DNA of 64,000 nucleotides from Paragordius varius. Lineage: Eukaryota > Animalia > Nematomorpha. A model generated the notes under the pieces. It was not told where the DNA came from. It saw only the letters and a program-made list of their open reading frames with translations, and made no database searches. Below, one piece after another: positions 62,079 to 64,000 of this stretch. Numbering within the stretch: the first letter of the stretch is position 1; every line of letters begins with the position of its first letter. The stretch is from positions 1,736,001 to 1,800,000 of the forward strand of contig OZ176053.1 of the NCBI GenBank assembly GCA_964247055.1, written 5' to 3'. The position numbers and the translations under genes were made by a program.

Positions 62079-64000
62079 CCAATTTGGTTCAGGGTAAAGG
62101 TAGTATAACACAGTATAATGATTCGTTGGAAGGTGGCAGGAAGTTTGAAAAACCAAGAAAATTTATCAATATATTTAATGCTAAAAATATAAATTATTGA
62201 TCAAGCAAACTATCGAAAAACGCGAGTTCTGTATAGATATGAAAAAAATATTTGTAAAATACAAGCTTTACTCTATTTTCCGAAAAAAGGCCGCCATTAT
62301 TTTGTGTTATATCTCCGCTCAGAAGAAAAAATCGAATGCCTGTATAGAGACTTGGCTTAAATGGAATTTACAACATTTCATTTTCCGGGGCACAATGCTA
62401 ATTTTAGGGCATAATCAAAAATTTTATTTTTAAATATCGTTATAGGGCATCCCAATAAAATAGCCATTATTTCGCTATGTCATCAAATTTACAAGATTTT
62501 TTTTATATTTGTTGGTTAATTCACATTAATGTGGGTCTGTTAGGCAATACGTATCGTATAGTAAAAACATAGTTTGTCTATATCTAAATATACACATTTA
62601 ATGTTACAAGATAACAAACAAAATTGTTTAATTTCCCCCATTTTTTTTAATCGCACGTTACTATATTGCCAATTGGTCAAAAATAATACTGCTCAACAAG
62701 GTTTTGCACCACCCCATTATTGCATTTTCTGATACCTAATGGCATGGAAAGGCCAAAACAAAAAAGAAAATTGAGGCCACCATTAGGATTTTTCCGAAAT
62801 TTAATTTTTAAATTTGTATTTAATTTAAGAATAAAAATCATTCCTCGTGTATATATGTTAAAAATATTCAAACAAACAAGTCGATACAAGTAATATTTTA
62901 TGCATCAATAACAAAATTCTAGGCATTAATTAAGATACTAAACAAGCTAAGAGCCAAAGTATTAAAAATCTAAGAGGGGCTTATGTTTAGTTATATAGAT
63001 CCGGGCGGCTGCACAAGATCTGCATATCCCCCAAGCTATCCAATTATGCCAGATATGGCAAAGATAACAATAAGTAATCTTAAAGCCCGATAAGAGACTT
63101 GTAAGCAAAATCCAGGCAAATTGATATGTCAAATTAACCAATTCACAGAATAAAGTTAGATAAATTCTACAATTAAATTGAATAAAAAGATTAGGTAAAT
63201 ACAAATGATCTAATTACATAATGGTAAATTCTACTAAAAGTGGCTACACAACATCCATCTGAAATTTAAAATGCAAAACAACCAATAATTTTAAAAAATA
63301 AAGTATATCCACTAGGTATAAGTAAAGGATTTTTTGTAAGAACCAACTCAAGAAAAAAAGCCTAATAAGTACTCGAAAGAACAAAAACTAACAAAAATAT
63401 AGCCTATCTAAAAGCCGAAGGTTTAAACCATATAATGCCTTTTATAGTATTTTTTTAAAAAATTTTTATATGTAAAAATTTACTTGAAAGAAAAAGACTA
63501 AATTTTGACGTTTAAGTCCGAACTATTTTTTTCTCTCTGATATTTAAACATATTTATATTCAAAAGATAGAGTTTAAAATATTAAATGATATTAAGTTTA
63601 TAATATAATAGCATTTTATTATAAAGTTATATTTAATTTTCTCTCGATTTTCTCTTGTTTTTGAAAAATTGAAAAACCTATAATATTTCAAAATTCTGAG
63701 TGGCGGGATCAAAAATTTTTTCACATTCGGTTTTAAAACACTGAAATTAGTCATAATTTAAAGGTTTGAGTGGTGGTCAAAAATGTCCAAATTTGTCGAC
63801 TAGTGTAATGTAAAGTGGCCATTACTGCATTTACCTTATATGCTAAAAACCAGTTAAATAGATTAAAAAAGCAATTCTTCGGAAAACGTAGAATAAAATT
63901 AGAGCCGTAGTTATAAATGCTAAAAATTACAATTACTTTTTTCAAAATTCTGTCAACCAAATCTCGTTGGTGACAAAAACTATGGTGGTCATGTGAACAA

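Noticed and set aside
1-64000. Prokaryotic operons, CRISPR arrays, rRNA/tRNA genes, intact transposases
   Set aside because: None supported; the genes are intron-containing animal-type genes and all mobile elements seen are non-autonomous or decayed.

Overview
Very AT-rich eukaryotic genomic DNA, most likely from an animal. The ORF track is mostly exon fragments and repeat artefacts. I reconstructed four recognisable spliced genes by hand: a Golgi carbohydrate sulfotransferase (-, 1507-4870), cyclin E (+, 5858-8582), site-1 protease/MBTPS1 (-, 11580-29742, 18 exons, about 1519 aa with large insertions) and a ZNRF1/2-type RING E3 ligase (+, 29895-34272). A fifth gene is absent from the ORF track as a unit: a roughly 20 kb orphan on the minus strand (about 36.0-56.4 kb). 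It encodes an N-glycan-rich ectodomain, an RKKR furin site, a Gly/Ala/Glu-rich segment built from at least 16 symmetric phase-1 micro-exons of 6-51 nt, and C-terminal hydrophobic segments. This is the most novel element in the window. The gene models also require ultra-short GT-AG introns of 23-33 nt, clustered at the 5' ends of cyclin E and S1P, while the long introns are filled with MITEs. Several MITE families carry 21-bp subterminal arrays. There are also hAT elements with 8-bp TSDs, about 1.1-kb foldback elements, RTE-LINE remnants, and a tandem array of a copied S1P splice donor. All gene models are manual and unverified by transcripts; part of the orphan exon chain (about 51.7-52.2 kb, its 5' start and its last exon) is unresolved. 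No prokaryotic features, CRISPR, rRNA or tRNA genes were found.
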